Both the position numbers and the translations under genes were made by a program. The notes under the pieces are model-generated. The model was not told the DNA's origin, made no database searches, and worked only from the letters and a program-made list of their open reading frames with translations. Positions 1 to 12,575 of a stretch of 64,000 nt of DNA are shown here, piece by piece; within the stretch, counting starts at the first letter, position 1, and the number at the start of each line of letters is the position of its first letter. Source of the stretch: Octopus sinensis (lineage: Eukaryota); NCBI RefSeq assembly GCF_006345805.1, contig NC_043018.1, positions 8,184,001 through 8,248,000 on the forward strand, read 5' to 3'.

Positions 1-357
1 AATGAATAACAGGCTTCTGTCTACCAAATTCACTCACAAGGCGCTGAGTAAAAATGGGACACTAGTAGAAGACACTTGCTGAAGATGTCTCACAGTGGGT
101 CTAAACCTGAAATCACATAGGTTCTAAGTGAGCTTCATAACCAGACCAGCCCTGCCTGTGCCCATGTACAGTCATATCCTACATGTATAAAATAAGGAAT
201 TGGACCAAAATTGTTCTCCTTGAACAAAACATTTAAAAATACAATAAAAAGCATAGATAATAAATAATAAAAAACCTCTGGTATTTAGTTTTTGTCATTT
301 GATCCTTAATCTCTTTTGTTTTTTCGAATATGTAAATTTTAATTTCTTCATTATTAG

Positions 358-476
358 GAATGTATTATTGATGGCCACAAAGTCCCAGAAGGTTATTCCA
401 TCATCTATCTGACGTATGCTGCTCACAGGGATGAAAACATCTTTGAAAATCCAAATGATTTCAATGCTGATCGTTG
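358..476 (+). CDS. Cytochrome P450, internal exon (meander/PERF region); gene begins upstream of the window
   Basis: ttattAG acceptor and TG|GTAAGT donor. Translates ECIIDGHKVPEGYSIIYLTYAAHRDENIFENPNDFNADR(W), a typical P450 'G..IP.G...H.D...F..P..F...RW' segment. The phase-2 end joins the G at 2578 to make TGG. Confidence 0.92.
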
Positions 477-508
477 GTAAGTTCGTCAATGCAACAATTA
501 ATATATTA

Positions 509-777
509 CGGAGATGTACTTGCAGAGCAAGTGACTTGATCTGTGATCGTGTGCTGGAATGAAAACAATTGCAGCATGGAAGGTGTTTATAAGCCATTAA
601 AGAAACACACAAAACCCGTTAGATTCACTTCAACATTTAAATTTAATTTATCAAAATATTTTCGTCGCCTTGAGACCGCGACCTGTTCACTGACAAATTA
701 AATTTAAATGTTGAAGTGAATCTAACGGTTTTTGTGTATTTCTTAAATGGCTTATAAACACCTTCCATGCTGCAATT
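509..777. mobile_element. Small insertion with an ~87-bp inverted repeat, flanked by a 14-bp direct repeat
   Basis: Arms 567-653 and 691-777 are near-perfect reverse complements. CAATTAATATATTA occurs at 495-508 and 773-786. Confidence 0.7.
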
Positions 778-1199
778 AATATATTATTGTAACTTAATCC
801 TTTAGCATTTAAACTGGCTATATCCAGCCCAAATATTCTATCTGTTTTATGTTCAAACTGGCCATATCCAGCCTCTCACACTTATACTACAATGTCATTC
901 TAAAAATAAACAATCACATCACTGAAATCTCAAAGCTACAAGATAATGCATGATTGATTCAAAATGATATGAGTTAATCTGAATGCTAAAGGGTTCGTTA
1001 GCAATGGCAGAGGATGTTCAAAATTTATAGTTGAAAGAATAAGAACCTTGTTGGAGAAAGTTCAAAGATCTGTTCCCTCAGTTGATAACAGGAAGCCTCT
1101 ATCTCAGAATGAAAGGCAGACAATGACGTTTGTGCAAAAACAACAATGCTACATGGTAGTGAAATGTGGGCAGTGAATGCAGAAGACACACAAAGAACA

Positions 1200-2190
1200 C
1201 ATATGGAATAGATTCTTGTGAGTGTCCTGGAGGATACTTAGATGTAGTAGATGGTTTCTGTCACATAGGTGACCTAATTAGCAGTGGAGGAGGATGTTCT
1301 GACAGTATAGTTGCTAGAATAAGAATAGGATGTAGGAAGTTCAGTGAGTTAATATCTTTAATCTCTGTCTATATAAAGCTGAAGTTGTCTGCGTATGGCA
1401 GGTTTGGTAGCCTTCAACTAACACTATCTCCTCCGAGACCCTGCAGTGCAAGTTGACCAAAATTGAGAATATGATAGAAGAAGGCTTGCTCTTCATTCCG
1501 TAGAAGAAAAAATTCAAATTGGACCATGTTAACACCAAAAATTATTTACATCAAAAAGGTGCTTTTTTTCTATGAAAATCCCTATTTTTTAATGATTTTT
1601 TTTACTGCTGTGTCGCCATTTTTTGATCTATTTCAACCAGAATAATGTTCACTTAAAGAGAATAACAAGCTATATAATGCAAAATTTTTTACTTTTCAAA
1701 AATTCCAATTCTAAAGGGTCGAAACAAACCCGAGCAATGCCAGGCGATACTGCTAGTGATAATAAAAGCCTCTCTCTCATAGTGAAAGGCAGATTGTATG
1801 ATGTTTGTGTACAAAAAGCAATGTTATACGATGGTAAAATGCAGGCTTTGAATGCAGAAGAAATGAAGAGCTAGCACGCTCCGCTGGATATGCAGTGTCA
1901 ACGTGCATGTACAACAAAGTGCAAATGTGTCAAGAGAAAAAAAGTGAGCATAAGAGGCATCAGGAGTGGTATACAAGGGAGAAGAGTGTGCTGGTATGGT
2001 CATGTGATGCATATGGATGAAGACAGATGTATAAAGAGATGCTGATGGCTAAATGTGGAAGGAACATGTGGAAGTAGGAGTCCAGAAGACATGGGGCAAA
2101 GTAATGAAGATTGACCACAGGGCAGTTGAGCTTTTGGGCAGTTGATGACAAAGGACCGAGATGATTAGGGATTTGCACCTGTCCGTTTCT
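1200..2190 (+). mobile_element. Decayed RTE-clade LINE 3' fragment, split by a Helitron
   Basis: DVVDGFCHIGDLISSGGGCSDSIVARIRIGCRKFSEL continues after 1756 as KSLSLIVKGRLYDVCVQKAMLY, typical of the post-RT region of RTE elements. Contains stops and frameshifts. Boundaries approximate. Confidence 0.7.
1362..1756 (+). mobile_element. Non-autonomous Helitron
   Basis: Starts A|TC..TATATAAAG and ends with a GC-rich hairpin (CCCGAGCAATGCCAGG) then CTAG|T. It shares its 3' end with the copy at 25515-25901. Confidence 0.7.
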
Positions 2191-2275
2191 GCAATTAAAT
2201 TAAGGTTCTAAAGACATTGTTAATATTTATACCCCCTCCTTGGCCACCACACAATCTGTAGCCATGAAGCCTTCG

Positions 2276-2547
2276 CATGACGACAACGACGATGACGACG
2301 ATGATGATGATTTCGACGACAATGACGATGACGACGACCACCACCGCTGCCGCCGCCGCCACTACTACCACCACCGCCACCACCACCACTGCCGCCGCCA
2401 CTTCCACCACCACCACCACCACCACCACCACCACCACCACCACTACCACCACCATCACCACCACCACTACCACCAACACCACCACCACCAGCAACACCAC
2501 CGCCATCATCATCATCATCGTCATCATCATTATTATCATCATTATTA
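2276..2547. repeat. Compound trinucleotide microsatellite (GAC/GAT)n-(CAC/CGC)n-(CAT)n
   Basis: Directly visible. It produces the spurious poly-D/H/T/V ORFs. Confidence 0.95.
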
Positions 2548-2577
2548 TGTGGCTGTCATTCTCTCTTTGTCCTTCAG

Positions 2578-2665
2578 GAATGAATTCTCTAAAAAGAAAC
2601 TGTTTACATTTGGTGATGGACCAAGAAGCTGCATTGGATTTGATATAGTAATGAGTATTGTGAAG
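2578..2665 (+). CDS. Cytochrome P450, heme-binding exon
   Basis: ccttcAG acceptor and AAG|GTAAAG donor. Encodes NEFSKKKLFTFGDGPRSCIGFDIVMSIVK, which contains the FxxGxRxCxG heme-thiolate signature. Confidence 0.95.
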
Positions 2666-2762
2666 GTAAAGCAGGAATTTGTAATAATTTATTGTAATTA
2701 ATTAAAATTAGTGACCCATGTTCATACTTAAAATATTTATGCAGTAAAAAGAACTGCAGTAA

Positions 2763-3176
2763 AGTGGCGAACTGGCAGAGTCGTTAGCACTCTGGGCGAA
2801 ATGCTTAGCAATATTTCGTCTGCCGTTACGTTCTGAGTTCAAATTCTGCCAAGGTCAACTTTGCCTTTCATCCTCTAGGGGTCGATAAATTAAGTACCAG
2901 TTACGCACTGAGGTTGATGTAATCGACTTAATCCGTTTGTCTGTCCTTGTTTGTCCCCTCTATGTTTAGCCCCTTGGCGGCAATAAAGAAATAGGTATTT
3001 CGTCTGCTGTTACATTCTGAGTTCAAATCCCACCGAGGTCGACTTTGCCTTTCATCCTTTCGGGGGTCGATAAATTAAGTACCAGTTTCGCTCTGGGGTC
3101 GTTGTAATCGACTTAATCCCTTTGTCTGTCCTTGTTTGTCCTCTCTGTGTTTAGCCCCTTGTCAGCAATAAAGAAA
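2763..3176 (+). mobile_element. tRNA-derived SINE family A, two tandem copies (others at ~7242-7355 +, 11631-11862 -, 26688-26820 +, 34669-34860 +, 37972-38200 +, 43180-43412 -)
   Basis: Recurrent GGCGAGCTGGCAGAATCGTTAGCA...GAGTTCAAATTCC (A/B-box-like head), then GCCTTTCATCCTTTCGGGGTCGATAAATTAAGTACCAG (resembles the MetaSINE core). Confidence 0.8.
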
Positions 3177-3477
3177 TTGTCATCAAAACCATGATCCTTC
3201 AACTACAAGTCCGCTGCCCTGACCACTGGGCCATTGTGGGGACCTGTATGTCAAAGAATGGACCCAACATTTCCCTTGCATGGTGTAAAAGGTGGCTAAA
3301 AGTGCCTGGTGTGCTAACAATTCAGTCAGCTCCTTGCCCTAGTGAAGAGTAATATAAAAATGAAGGTGAAGTAAGCTCCAGTTTCGCAACCCAGCTTCCA
3401 TTCCCCATTGCAGTTATTTCACTTCACTTATGATACCTTGCACCTAGTCAAAATTTTCTTGTACTTTGTATTTCCAG

Positions 3478-3645
3478 AGCATTGTACAAAGAATTATTGC
3501 CCAATATGAATGGAAATTGCAGACAACTGATGTGATCCAATACAAATGGTTTCCAGTCATCCGGCCCAACACTCCAGTCTGTGTGGAATTCAGCTCCAAA
3601 GTAGAAATACGACATCTTGGAGACCAACATTTCACAAGATTTTGA
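3478..3645 (+). CDS. Cytochrome P450, terminal exon (resembles CYP26-clan C-termini; subfamily not certain)
   Basis: tatttccAG acceptor, phase 0. Encodes SIVQRIIAQYEWKLQTTDVIQYKWFPVIRPNTPVCVEFSSKVEIRHLGDQHFTRF* with TGA at 3643-3645. Confidence 0.85.
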   Translation, partial: SIVQRIIAQYEWKLQTTDVIQYKWFPVIRPNTPVCVEFSSKVEIRHLGDQHFTRF

Positions 3646-3809
3646 GCATTATCGTGTTTGTTGATGTTGCTTTTGCCTGCAATCTTTCACTGCAATGATT
3701 GAATGGAAACATACGCAAACATAGCCACGCATACATGCATGCATCAATATTAGTGTGGTCTGCTGATAGCTTTTTCATGCCTGCCAAGACTGATAAATAG
3801 ATAGGCGTT

Positions 3810-3929
3810 TACAGACACACATATACATGTACAACATCCATGCACACCACACATACACAACTTACGTGCACTACCCTATACACACACACACACACACACA
3901 CACACAAATACTCACACACACAGACAAAC

Positions 3930-3964
<35 letters not shown>

Positions 3965-4056
3965 CAAACACACACAAATACTCACACACACAGACACACA
4001 CACACACACAAACACACACACACTCACACACAAACACACACACACATACATATATA
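3810..4056. repeat. (CA)n-rich microsatellite
   Basis: Directly visible. Confidence 0.95.
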
Positions 4057-7000
4057 TGGTACTCAATGCTTTATAGAACATACATGTTTCAGTTAAGTAC
4101 TGTCAGGATTACATAATTTCTGTTTAAGCATTACATGATCTTGTAAAACCACCTCTTCAGTGTTCAGTAATACACATACACGCACACAAACACACATCCA
4201 CGCAGACATAGTCTCATTCTTTATCTCCATTTCCAACTTTAAAAAAAATAATATATTTTCCATAAGTTAAACATGTGTTACAAATGTTTGAAACTTTCAT
4301 CTGGTGAAAGTTTCAATCGGGCCATGACACACATGTTCTAAACTAATATCAGGGAAGACGGAATCATTTCATTGACCAAACTGCCAAAATCTCACATCGT
4401 CTCAATGAGTCAATTCAAATATGGGGCTGGACAGTTTTGCTTCTTGAACCTTACAATTGCAGGGATCTTTTCTTTGAATTCTTTTAATGGTTTCAGCCAA
4501 AGGATTGTTGCCATGTTAGGGCACTGTTTTTTCAAAGGTTTTTAATCAACTGTATTCAGGCCAATATTTATGCCGATGACCTTTGTTATCAGATACCTAA
4601 GTTCTTTCGCATCCTGGGAAGCAGTACCAGTTTACTGAGACAATCACATACACAGACACATGTATACGTACATGATGGTCTTCAGCACTGTCTCCGTTTA
4701 CCAAACACCACTCTCAAAGCACTGGTCAAACTGAGGCTATGGTAGAAAATACTTGCCAAAGGTGCTGTGTAGCTGGATTGAACCCAGAGCCATAGGGTTG
4801 TCAAACAAACTTCTTACCCACATGGCTATGCTTACACCTAGTTTTGCAATGGGTTTTTCATCTATAATGAGGTGTGATGAAAATTTTACTGAGAAACTAC
4901 TGGATAATTGAAGCTTATAAGAATATTGTTATTTTTTCTTATATCAGGGGTCCCCAGTCCCTGGGTCCTGGATCAGTACCAGGCTGTCAGTCATTTGGTA
5001 TCAGACAAAAAAAACAAGTAGAACAATTTTTTTAAATTTTGAGGTGTATAATATACATATATTAAAAAGCAATAATAGTAGAAATAAAATGCATAAGATA
5101 CAATCAAATAATTACATTTGAACTGTATATATTAATTACATATATATTATATGTAATAATTAAATTATATATTGTGTACTTGATTATGTTTTGTTAATTA
5201 TATAATTCCTTGATCTGTGGAAGAATTGTCTTGCATGAAGCAAGTCTGTGGAACCAAAGAAGGTTGGGGCTGCTGTTTTATGCCATAAGAATTTTGAAAC
5301 TTCAAGAGATGTGAAATAATTAACTTTCTTTTTTCAAAGGTTGAGCTCAGAGTAGATAAAGCTATAATTAATAGCATAGAATGTCTGTCAAGTTAACAGA
5401 TGTGGGTTCTCGTCCCACAGGCAGCCTTTTACTTTTCCTATCTAAAGGGATTTTTACCCCATTATTTACATGCAGTTATTTATAGCTGTATCTACTTCGA
5501 GTTCAACAGTTAAGAAAAACAAAACAATTTATTTAACATTGTTTTTGTTTTTTAAAATCTTTCAATGTGAATTGTTTTCATTGTGATACAAAATCTTTCC
5601 AATATTTCTATGTTTTTTTTGTTTTTTTTTCATGGAAATATAATCTGAAATAAGATTAACTCTATCTGGCTCAAATATCCTACCTGTTTTATGTTTAAAG
5701 CAGCCAGATCTGGCCTCTCAGACCTACCTTACAATGTGATTCTAAAAATTTATATAATCACATCATCAAAATTTCGAAGCTATGAGACAATACAAAATTA
5801 ATTCAAAACAATCTGAATAATTAAGCAATACATTTGACAGAATAATCTGAACGCTTAAAGATTAAACTATTCTTAAGTATAGCAGAAAGTTATATTTCAT
5901 TGGCCAATCAGTAAATATCCTTCCCAAACAAGCAATAAAGTGTGAAAGCCAATGGAATCTGACAATAAAATATGAAAGTTAAGATGCTTTCTGCATGGGG
6001 ATTGGAGGAAGAAAGATTTGAAACATTTTGGTACCGCTGATTTGATGCTGACTTGTTTGACATCAGACGTTTTAATATTTTCTCTTGTTCTCTACCTCCT
6101 CCTCCCTCTCTATTTATATGTGTGAGCATATTTCGTTATGTGTATGAGGAGAGGGAAAGTTTTTATGTCAACTGTATTCAATCAATAAATCAATAAATTT
6201 TAATCTCTCTCTCTCCCTCTCTCTTTCTCCTCTTTCGATCTGTACATGTAAATTTTCTCTATATACATATATATATAAATTAGAAAAAAAACACCTTTTA
6301 TCAATTCAAAACGAACAATTAAATTACACCATCATCAAAATTACATATAATAGAAATATTAAAGTATTAAAATTAAAATAACAATAATTTTATATATATA
6401 CTTTATAATTAGGGTAACCTATTATCGATTGATTTTCGTTATTTCCCTTTTGCCTGTGTGGATTGTTTTCAAGTATTTTGATTTTTCTGGGAGCCCCCTT
6501 TAAAGTAGAAGGAATAGCTAAGATTTTTTGACTGCTATTTCTAAACTTCGGTATGTGGTGAAGCAAATCTTTGCTGGACCCTAGTTATAAAGTATTACTT
6601 AAGCTTACCATGAAATGGTCTTTCATGCCGAATTCTACTTGGTGAAATTACTGATTACTTCTTAATTAATTAATTTTACCCTTTGTTATTATATATATAT
6701 ATATATATATATATTGTGTGAAATTTGAATTAGTATTTCTAAATTGAATTTTTCCCTGTAAGTTAGGATTAATATTCCCTCAAATAATAATAATAATTAT
6801 TATTATATATATATATATATATTAATTGTAGAAACATGTCAGTCAATGTTACTAATAGTTTCAAAGAGACTCAAAGTGGTGGAATTCTCATCACCAGAAA
6901 GTGTAGACTCATAATCACCTGTATTACTCAACAGGTATTTGTTCTCTTCTCTTTATAAATTAACTCTATAATTATTATATTGCATACTTTTCCCTTTGAC

Positions 7001-8672
7001 ATAAAGTTTATGACTTAAATAAGCACCATGCCTTCCTCTGATACTGGTGATATAAATGTTTATATATAACCTGAACATCCACAGAAAAAAAATACAAGGG
7101 CAAGGAAAAAAATTCCAGGGGAATAATGTTCTAGGATTGGGGATATTGGCTGGGGCAAGGTTTTATGGTTAGGATAGTATGGGTGACAAGTGCGTTGGGT
7201 AGGCTTGGTTAAAGATGGTATGGAAATAGATGGTATAGATAAGGCGGCGAGCTGGCAGAATCGTTAGCATGCCAGGCAAAATGCCAAACAGTATTTTGTC
7301 TGCCGTTACGTTCTGAGTTCAAATTCCGCCGAGGTCGACTTTGCCTTTCATCCTCTAATGATTAACCATGCCTGTGTTGCTGCTTCTTGAAAAAGGCCAC
7401 CCATGCCTGAGTTTGATCTTAACCCAGTTTTGCATAAATGACTGAGGTTGCAACACTCCCTGCTAAATGGTATACTGACCTGTCACAGGGTTAACTCCCC
7501 AACTGTTGGTGGACCTCATTTACGGCTGAGTGGACTGGAGCAATGTGAAGTTAAGTGTTCTGCTCAAGAACACAACACACTGCCAGTTCAGGAACAGAAA
7601 CCATGATCTTAAGATCACAAGTGCTACATCGTAACCACCAGGCCTTGCACCTTCACATTATCAAACATTATAAACAGCAATTTGAAACATAATTAAAAAT
7701 AAACTCTAATAGTCTTAAGGTGGAACTAGAACTACGAACCTAATTGGTGCACGGTTTGAGGTGTATCTTGTTTCCAAACTGTTTACCTTGAATTCCAATG
7801 TCCATTGACTGAATGGAGGTAGGTTGATAGAATCATTATCAGACAAAATGCCTTGTGGTATTTGTTCCAGTTCTTGAATTCTGCTGAGGTCAATCTTAAT
7901 TTTTTATCCTTTCAGGTTTGATAAACCAGAATATCACTCAAGTGCTATCAGTGAACCTGTCTGCTCTGTATTTTTTTCACTGGCTCTTACTGCTAGAAAT
8001 AGCTATCTAATAGGCCTAGAAATGAAATCTTTTTTTCTGTCTCAAATTAGTGCTTGTATCACTAATATAACATTTACTAATAAAATCTCCTCTCTTAATG
8101 CATGATAATTAACACAGACTAATTAATTGGATGAGTAAGTTTTAAACAGGAAGAGTTTAAATACCTGGCCCAGCGGTACAAGCAATTATTTGAACTGATA
8201 ACCTGAAAGTGCCAGAAATGTTGAACATTACCTATTTGGTCAGTATATTTCTCCGATAATTATAAAACTACCCCAAAACTTTGTTAAATAATATTTAACT
8301 CATGTAAACAATATCAAAAATAAATTTTATTATCATATTTCATATTTTATTATATAATTCTTTTTATCATATATTGATGAATTTCTTACATAGTTGCAGG
8401 ACTTCAGATACACAGGGGAGAGGAAATGAGATTGGATGGTATCGATGCCTTTCTGAAACCAGCCAAGGCTTCTCTTTTATTATTTTCAAATTATTTCTCT
8501 TTGTTACTTCAAGAAAAAATATCAAATTGCATTAAAATCTTTCAATTTATAACATATTTCCCAACTGTTTTCTTTGATTTTCAATATCTATTTCTGAAAA
8601 TGGTTGGAATCACCAAAACCATTGGAACATTGGATAAAATGCTGGATCTTTACATTTTGAGCTCAAATACAT

Positions 8673-9055
8673 AGGCGCAGGAATGGCTGTGAGGTAAGTA
8701 GCTTGCTTACCAACAACATGGTTCCGGGTTCAGTCCCACTGCGTGGCACCTTGGGCAAGTGTCTTCTGCTATAGCCCCGGGCCGACCAAAGCCTTGTGAG
8801 TGGATTTGGTAGACGGAAACTGAAAGAGGTCCGTCGTATATATGTGTATATATATATGTGTGCGTGTGTATTTGTCGCCCTAGCATTGCTTGACAACTGA
8901 TGCTGGTGTGTTTATGTCCCTGTCACTTAGCAGTTCGGCAAAAGAGACCGATAGAATAAGTACTGGGCTTACAAAGAATAAGTCCCAGGGTCGAGTTGCT
9001 CGATTAAAGGCGGTGCTCCAGCATGGCTGCAATCAAATGACTGAAACAAGTTAAA
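8673..9055 (+). mobile_element. tRNA-derived SINE family B (others at ~10378-10755 -, 23783-24207 -, 37690-38365 +, 43797-44203 +, 59995-60398 -)
   Basis: GGCGCAGGA.TGGCTGTG.GGTAAG...GGTTCAGTCCC head, CORE-like ACCTTGGGCAAGT, an internal (TA/TG)n and a conserved tail ending TGACTGAAACAAG. Many near-identical copies. Confidence 0.8.
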
Positions 9056-9909
9056 GCATAAAGAGTACATTGAACGCAATTTTACATTTCATTCTTCCAG
9101 GGTTGATTATATAAAGTACCAGCCAAGTACTGGGGTCGATATTAGCTGACTTCCCTTTCCCCACAAAGCTAGGCCCCCCCCTGGCCTAAGTAAGAAATTC
9201 ACTATTTTTATCTTCCTTCCAGATATTCTTGACCACCATCACATAATGTGCAGTTACCATGTATCTCCTCTATAGCAAGACACCTGGGCTTGACCATTGA
9301 AAAGTGGACATTAACACAATAATGATGTTGATCATGATGATGGTGGTGGTGGTGTATGGATGTATTTCTTCATGTTTGTAAACCTTACTAAATGAATAAT
9401 TAAAAATGTATCATCATCATCATCATTCAGCATCTGTTTTCCATGCTGGCATGGGTCAGATGGTTTGACTAGGACTGGTAAACTGAAGAGCTGTACCAGG
9501 CCCTAGTCTGGTTTGGCTTGGTTTTACAGCTGGATGCCCTTCCTAATGCCAACCACTCCAAGAATGTAACAGGTGCCTTTTTACATATCACCAACACAGG
9601 TGCCTTTTATGTGTCACTGGCATGGACTCCTTTTATAAGTCACTGGCACTGGTCACAACTACAATTTCACTTGGCTTGACTACCTCGTCCCATGACTTCC
9701 TGGGTTTACCGCTTCCACAGATTCCCTCCACAGTTAGGGATCGGCACTTCTTTATGGCCTTGTCTGCTTCAGTCAAATGAAGATTAATCAAATCAAAGCC
9801 TTGTATTAACACTAAAGTTCTAAAACAAATGTTAACCATTGTAAGTGTAACGAATAAGTGCAGGTATGTGGGTGGGTGTGCATTGAGGTCATTTAAGTAC
9901 TAAAAGAAA

Positions 9910-10280
9910 TTAAGAATCAGAATCAAAATCGATCAACATCAATGGAAATTGTAGCTGTGATACCAGTGCCGGTGGCACGTAAGAGAACCATCCGAACATG
10001 GCCATTGCCAGCGCCGCCCCGACGGGCCTCCGTGCTGCTGGCACGTAAAAAGCACCATCCAACCGTGGCCATTTGCCAGCCTCATCTGGCACCTGTGCCG
10101 GTGGCACGTAAAAAGCACCCACTACACTCACGGAGTGGCTGGCGTTAGGAAGGGCATCCAGCCGTAGAAACACTGCCAGATCAAACTGGGCCTGGTGCAG
10201 CCTTCTGGCTTCCCAGATCCCAGTTGAACCGTCCAACCCATGCTAGCATGGAAAGCAGATGCTAAATGATGATGATGATG
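9910..10280 (+). mobile_element. Repeat family C: RTE-LINE 3' UTR/derived element with (GAT)n tail (others at ~15140-15597 +, 15895-16265 +, 28250-28605 +, 29755-30005 +, 31908-32065 -, 34105-34410 -, 41930-42120 -, 45018-45275 -, 49337-49710 -)
   Basis: Shared GGAGTGGTTGGCGTTAGGAAGGGCATCCAGCTGTAGAAAC...CCCATGCTAGCATGGAAA..(GAT)n, with internal GCCGGTGGCACGTAAAAAGCACC subrepeats. Confidence 0.8.
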
Positions 10281-10755
10281 CTTTTTGAAGACAGTGTGGC
10301 ACATTAGCACCAACCATATTCCAGTAAATGTTTTAATCCATAAATTCTATAAATCAAAACCAAATCTTTTATATTTTCCTTGTTTCAGTCATTAGACTGT
10401 GGCCATGCTTGGGCACCACCTTAAAGGGTTTAGGCAAACAAATTGACCCTAGTGCCTTTTTCTTTTTCAAGCCTGATACTTATTCTATCTGTCTCTCTTT
10501 GCCGAACCAATAAATTACAGGAACGTAAACAACCAACACCAGTTGTCAAACAGTGGTGGCAGACAAATGCTGACACAAAGACACACATACATAGGTGTGT
10601 ATATGTGTGTATGTGTGTGTGTATGATAGGTGTCTTTCAGTTTCTGTCCACTCACAAGGTTTTAGTTTGCCTAGGGCTATAGTAGAAGACATTTGCCCAA
10701 GGTGCCACATAGTGGGACAGAGCCTGGAACCAAGCTTCTTACCACACAGCCACAC

Positions 10756-10807
<52 letters not shown>

Positions 10808-10843
10808 GTATATAAATACATATAAATACTCATATATAAATAC

Positions 10844-10893
<50 letters not shown>

Positions 10894-11054
10894 GTTTTAC
10901 ATGGTACGGCACCTGTAAAGAACAAGCCTGTATGTATGGATGGCAGCAAAAATATTAATTCCAATAATGGCTTTCTTTCTGCCAAATATTTTGCTTATGA
11001 TTGCAAAAATAAATGTTATAAGAGTTGTCAGTGATTCTGGCTGTTGCTGAAACC

Positions 11055-11585
11055 TTACTGCTGAGGTTGTATACTGTGACCATTGTAACAGAAGAGATTC
11101 AAAGAAATCAATGTCCCCGTTTTGAAGCCTTGAATTGTTTCTTGAGGGTTTACTTCTGCTTGGCAGGTTGGACACGATACTAAAGACACCAATGTCTTCA
11201 GGCAGTTGCGGCTGATTGATACATGTTTCTTGTCTTCTGTCTTTCTGGAGAAATCTATTGGTACTGAGAAGACATTCTGGACTTTGATGTTTTTTTCTTC
11301 AAGACATGAGAAACTGGTGGAATGATTGAGAAAATCTTTCTGTGCTGGTTCACTTTCAGAATAAGGTGTGAGTTCAGAAGATAAAGGACCTGAAGATGAT
11401 ATTTGGTTGGTGCTTGGTTTTATGGTAACAAAATGGTTATCAGCCAGTAACAGATTTGGTGTAAATGGTTGGTGTAATGGTGCCTCTTCTTCACAAGGTT
11501 CCTGTTTAATCTGAACTGGTGATTGAAAACCAGAATCTCCTTGTTTATTCAGATCAAATGGGGTCTCTGACAGCTTTCGCAAAGG
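11055..11585 (-). CDS. THAP-domain protein, probable last coding exon
   Basis: Minus-strand ttttatAG acceptor and an open 176-codon frame PLRKLSETPF...IKQEP...SCPTCQAEV...LFCYNGHSIQPQQ*. The TAA overlaps a possible CA|GTAAGG donor, so the gene could continue. The acceptor is phase 0 but the strongest upstream donor is phase 2, so the exact junction is unresolved. Confidence 0.7.
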   Translation of the reverse strand, partial: PLRKLSETPFDLNKQGDSGFQSPVQIKQEPCEEEAPLHQPFTPNLLLADNHFVTIKPSTNQISSSGPLSSELTPYSESEPAQKDFLNHSTSFSCLEEKNIKVQNVFSVPIDFSRKTEDKKHVSISRNCLKTLVSLVSCPTCQAEVNPQETIQGFKTGTLISLNLFCYNGHSIQPQQ

Positions 11586-12334
11586 CTATAAAATAAAAGT
11601 ATAATAAATAAAAATATAATAAATATATACCTATTTCTTTACTACCCACAAGGGGCTAAACACAGAGAGGACAAACAAGGACAGACAAACGGATCAAGTC
11701 GATTACATCGACCCCAGTGCGAAACTGGTACTTAATTTATTGACCCCGAAAGGATGAAAGGCAAAGTTGACCTCGGCGGAATTTGAACTCAGAACGTAAC
11801 GGCAGGCGAAATACTGCTAAGCATTTTGCCCGGCGTGCTAACGTTTCTGCCAGCTAACCGCCTAATAACAAATATATACCATTAATTAATTAATATATTA
11901 ATAGTATATAATAAATATATACCATTAATATATTATTGAAAGTTTACATTGAAGCTTTAAAATGAATAATGAAAGTCACAATTTTCCATTTGCAATGATT
12001 TAAAAAAGATCATCATCTCCTTTATACATGTAGCCTCATTTATCACTGATTCAGGATAACATGGCATGCTGAACTATAAGCTATGTTATGCTTAGCATGG
12101 CTTGATCTCTGATTCTGCATGTACCACAAATTCGTATCTCAGTCACCAGCCACAATGTACTGAATTTTGCTTGTGTTTGCATGACGGTGGTGTGAGGCAG
12201 TATATGTTTTACATGGATTTGCATACTGTTGCTCAGCAACATGGGACCGGTGAACACAAAAATAGTTAAGAAGGAAGGAAAGAAGGAAGGAAGGAAGTAT
12301 GTATGCATATGAGTATGTGTAACACACCATACTA

Positions 12335-12575
12335 ATCATATCTGTCAGGCATGTGGAAGAGAGTGTAATTCGGCAGGAGAACTTAAATGACATGCAAAGG
12401 TACATGAAGCCCAGTTACAACTACAGCTGGCTATTACCGTTAAAGGTTTTAGTAGCCAATTCTGTACAAGACATTGTAGATCTTTAGCTGGGCTAAAAAG
12501 TCACATTCGATCACAGCACCAGTAACAGTTAAGCTTCGTGCAATGGCCATACTCGATAACGAGGGGGCAGCCATA
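12335..12575 (+). mobile_element. RTE-like LINE 3' end with degenerate C2H2-like motifs
   Basis: ICQACGRECNSAGELK*H and QFCTRHCRSLAGLKSHIRSQH*, followed by a short 3' UTR. Confidence 0.55.

Noticed and set aside
2195-2577. Poly-His/Asp/Thr/Val ORFs, one in frame with the P450 heme motif
   Set aside because: They are an intronic trinucleotide microsatellite. The real exon starts at the AG at 2576-2577 and is in phase with the upstream exon.
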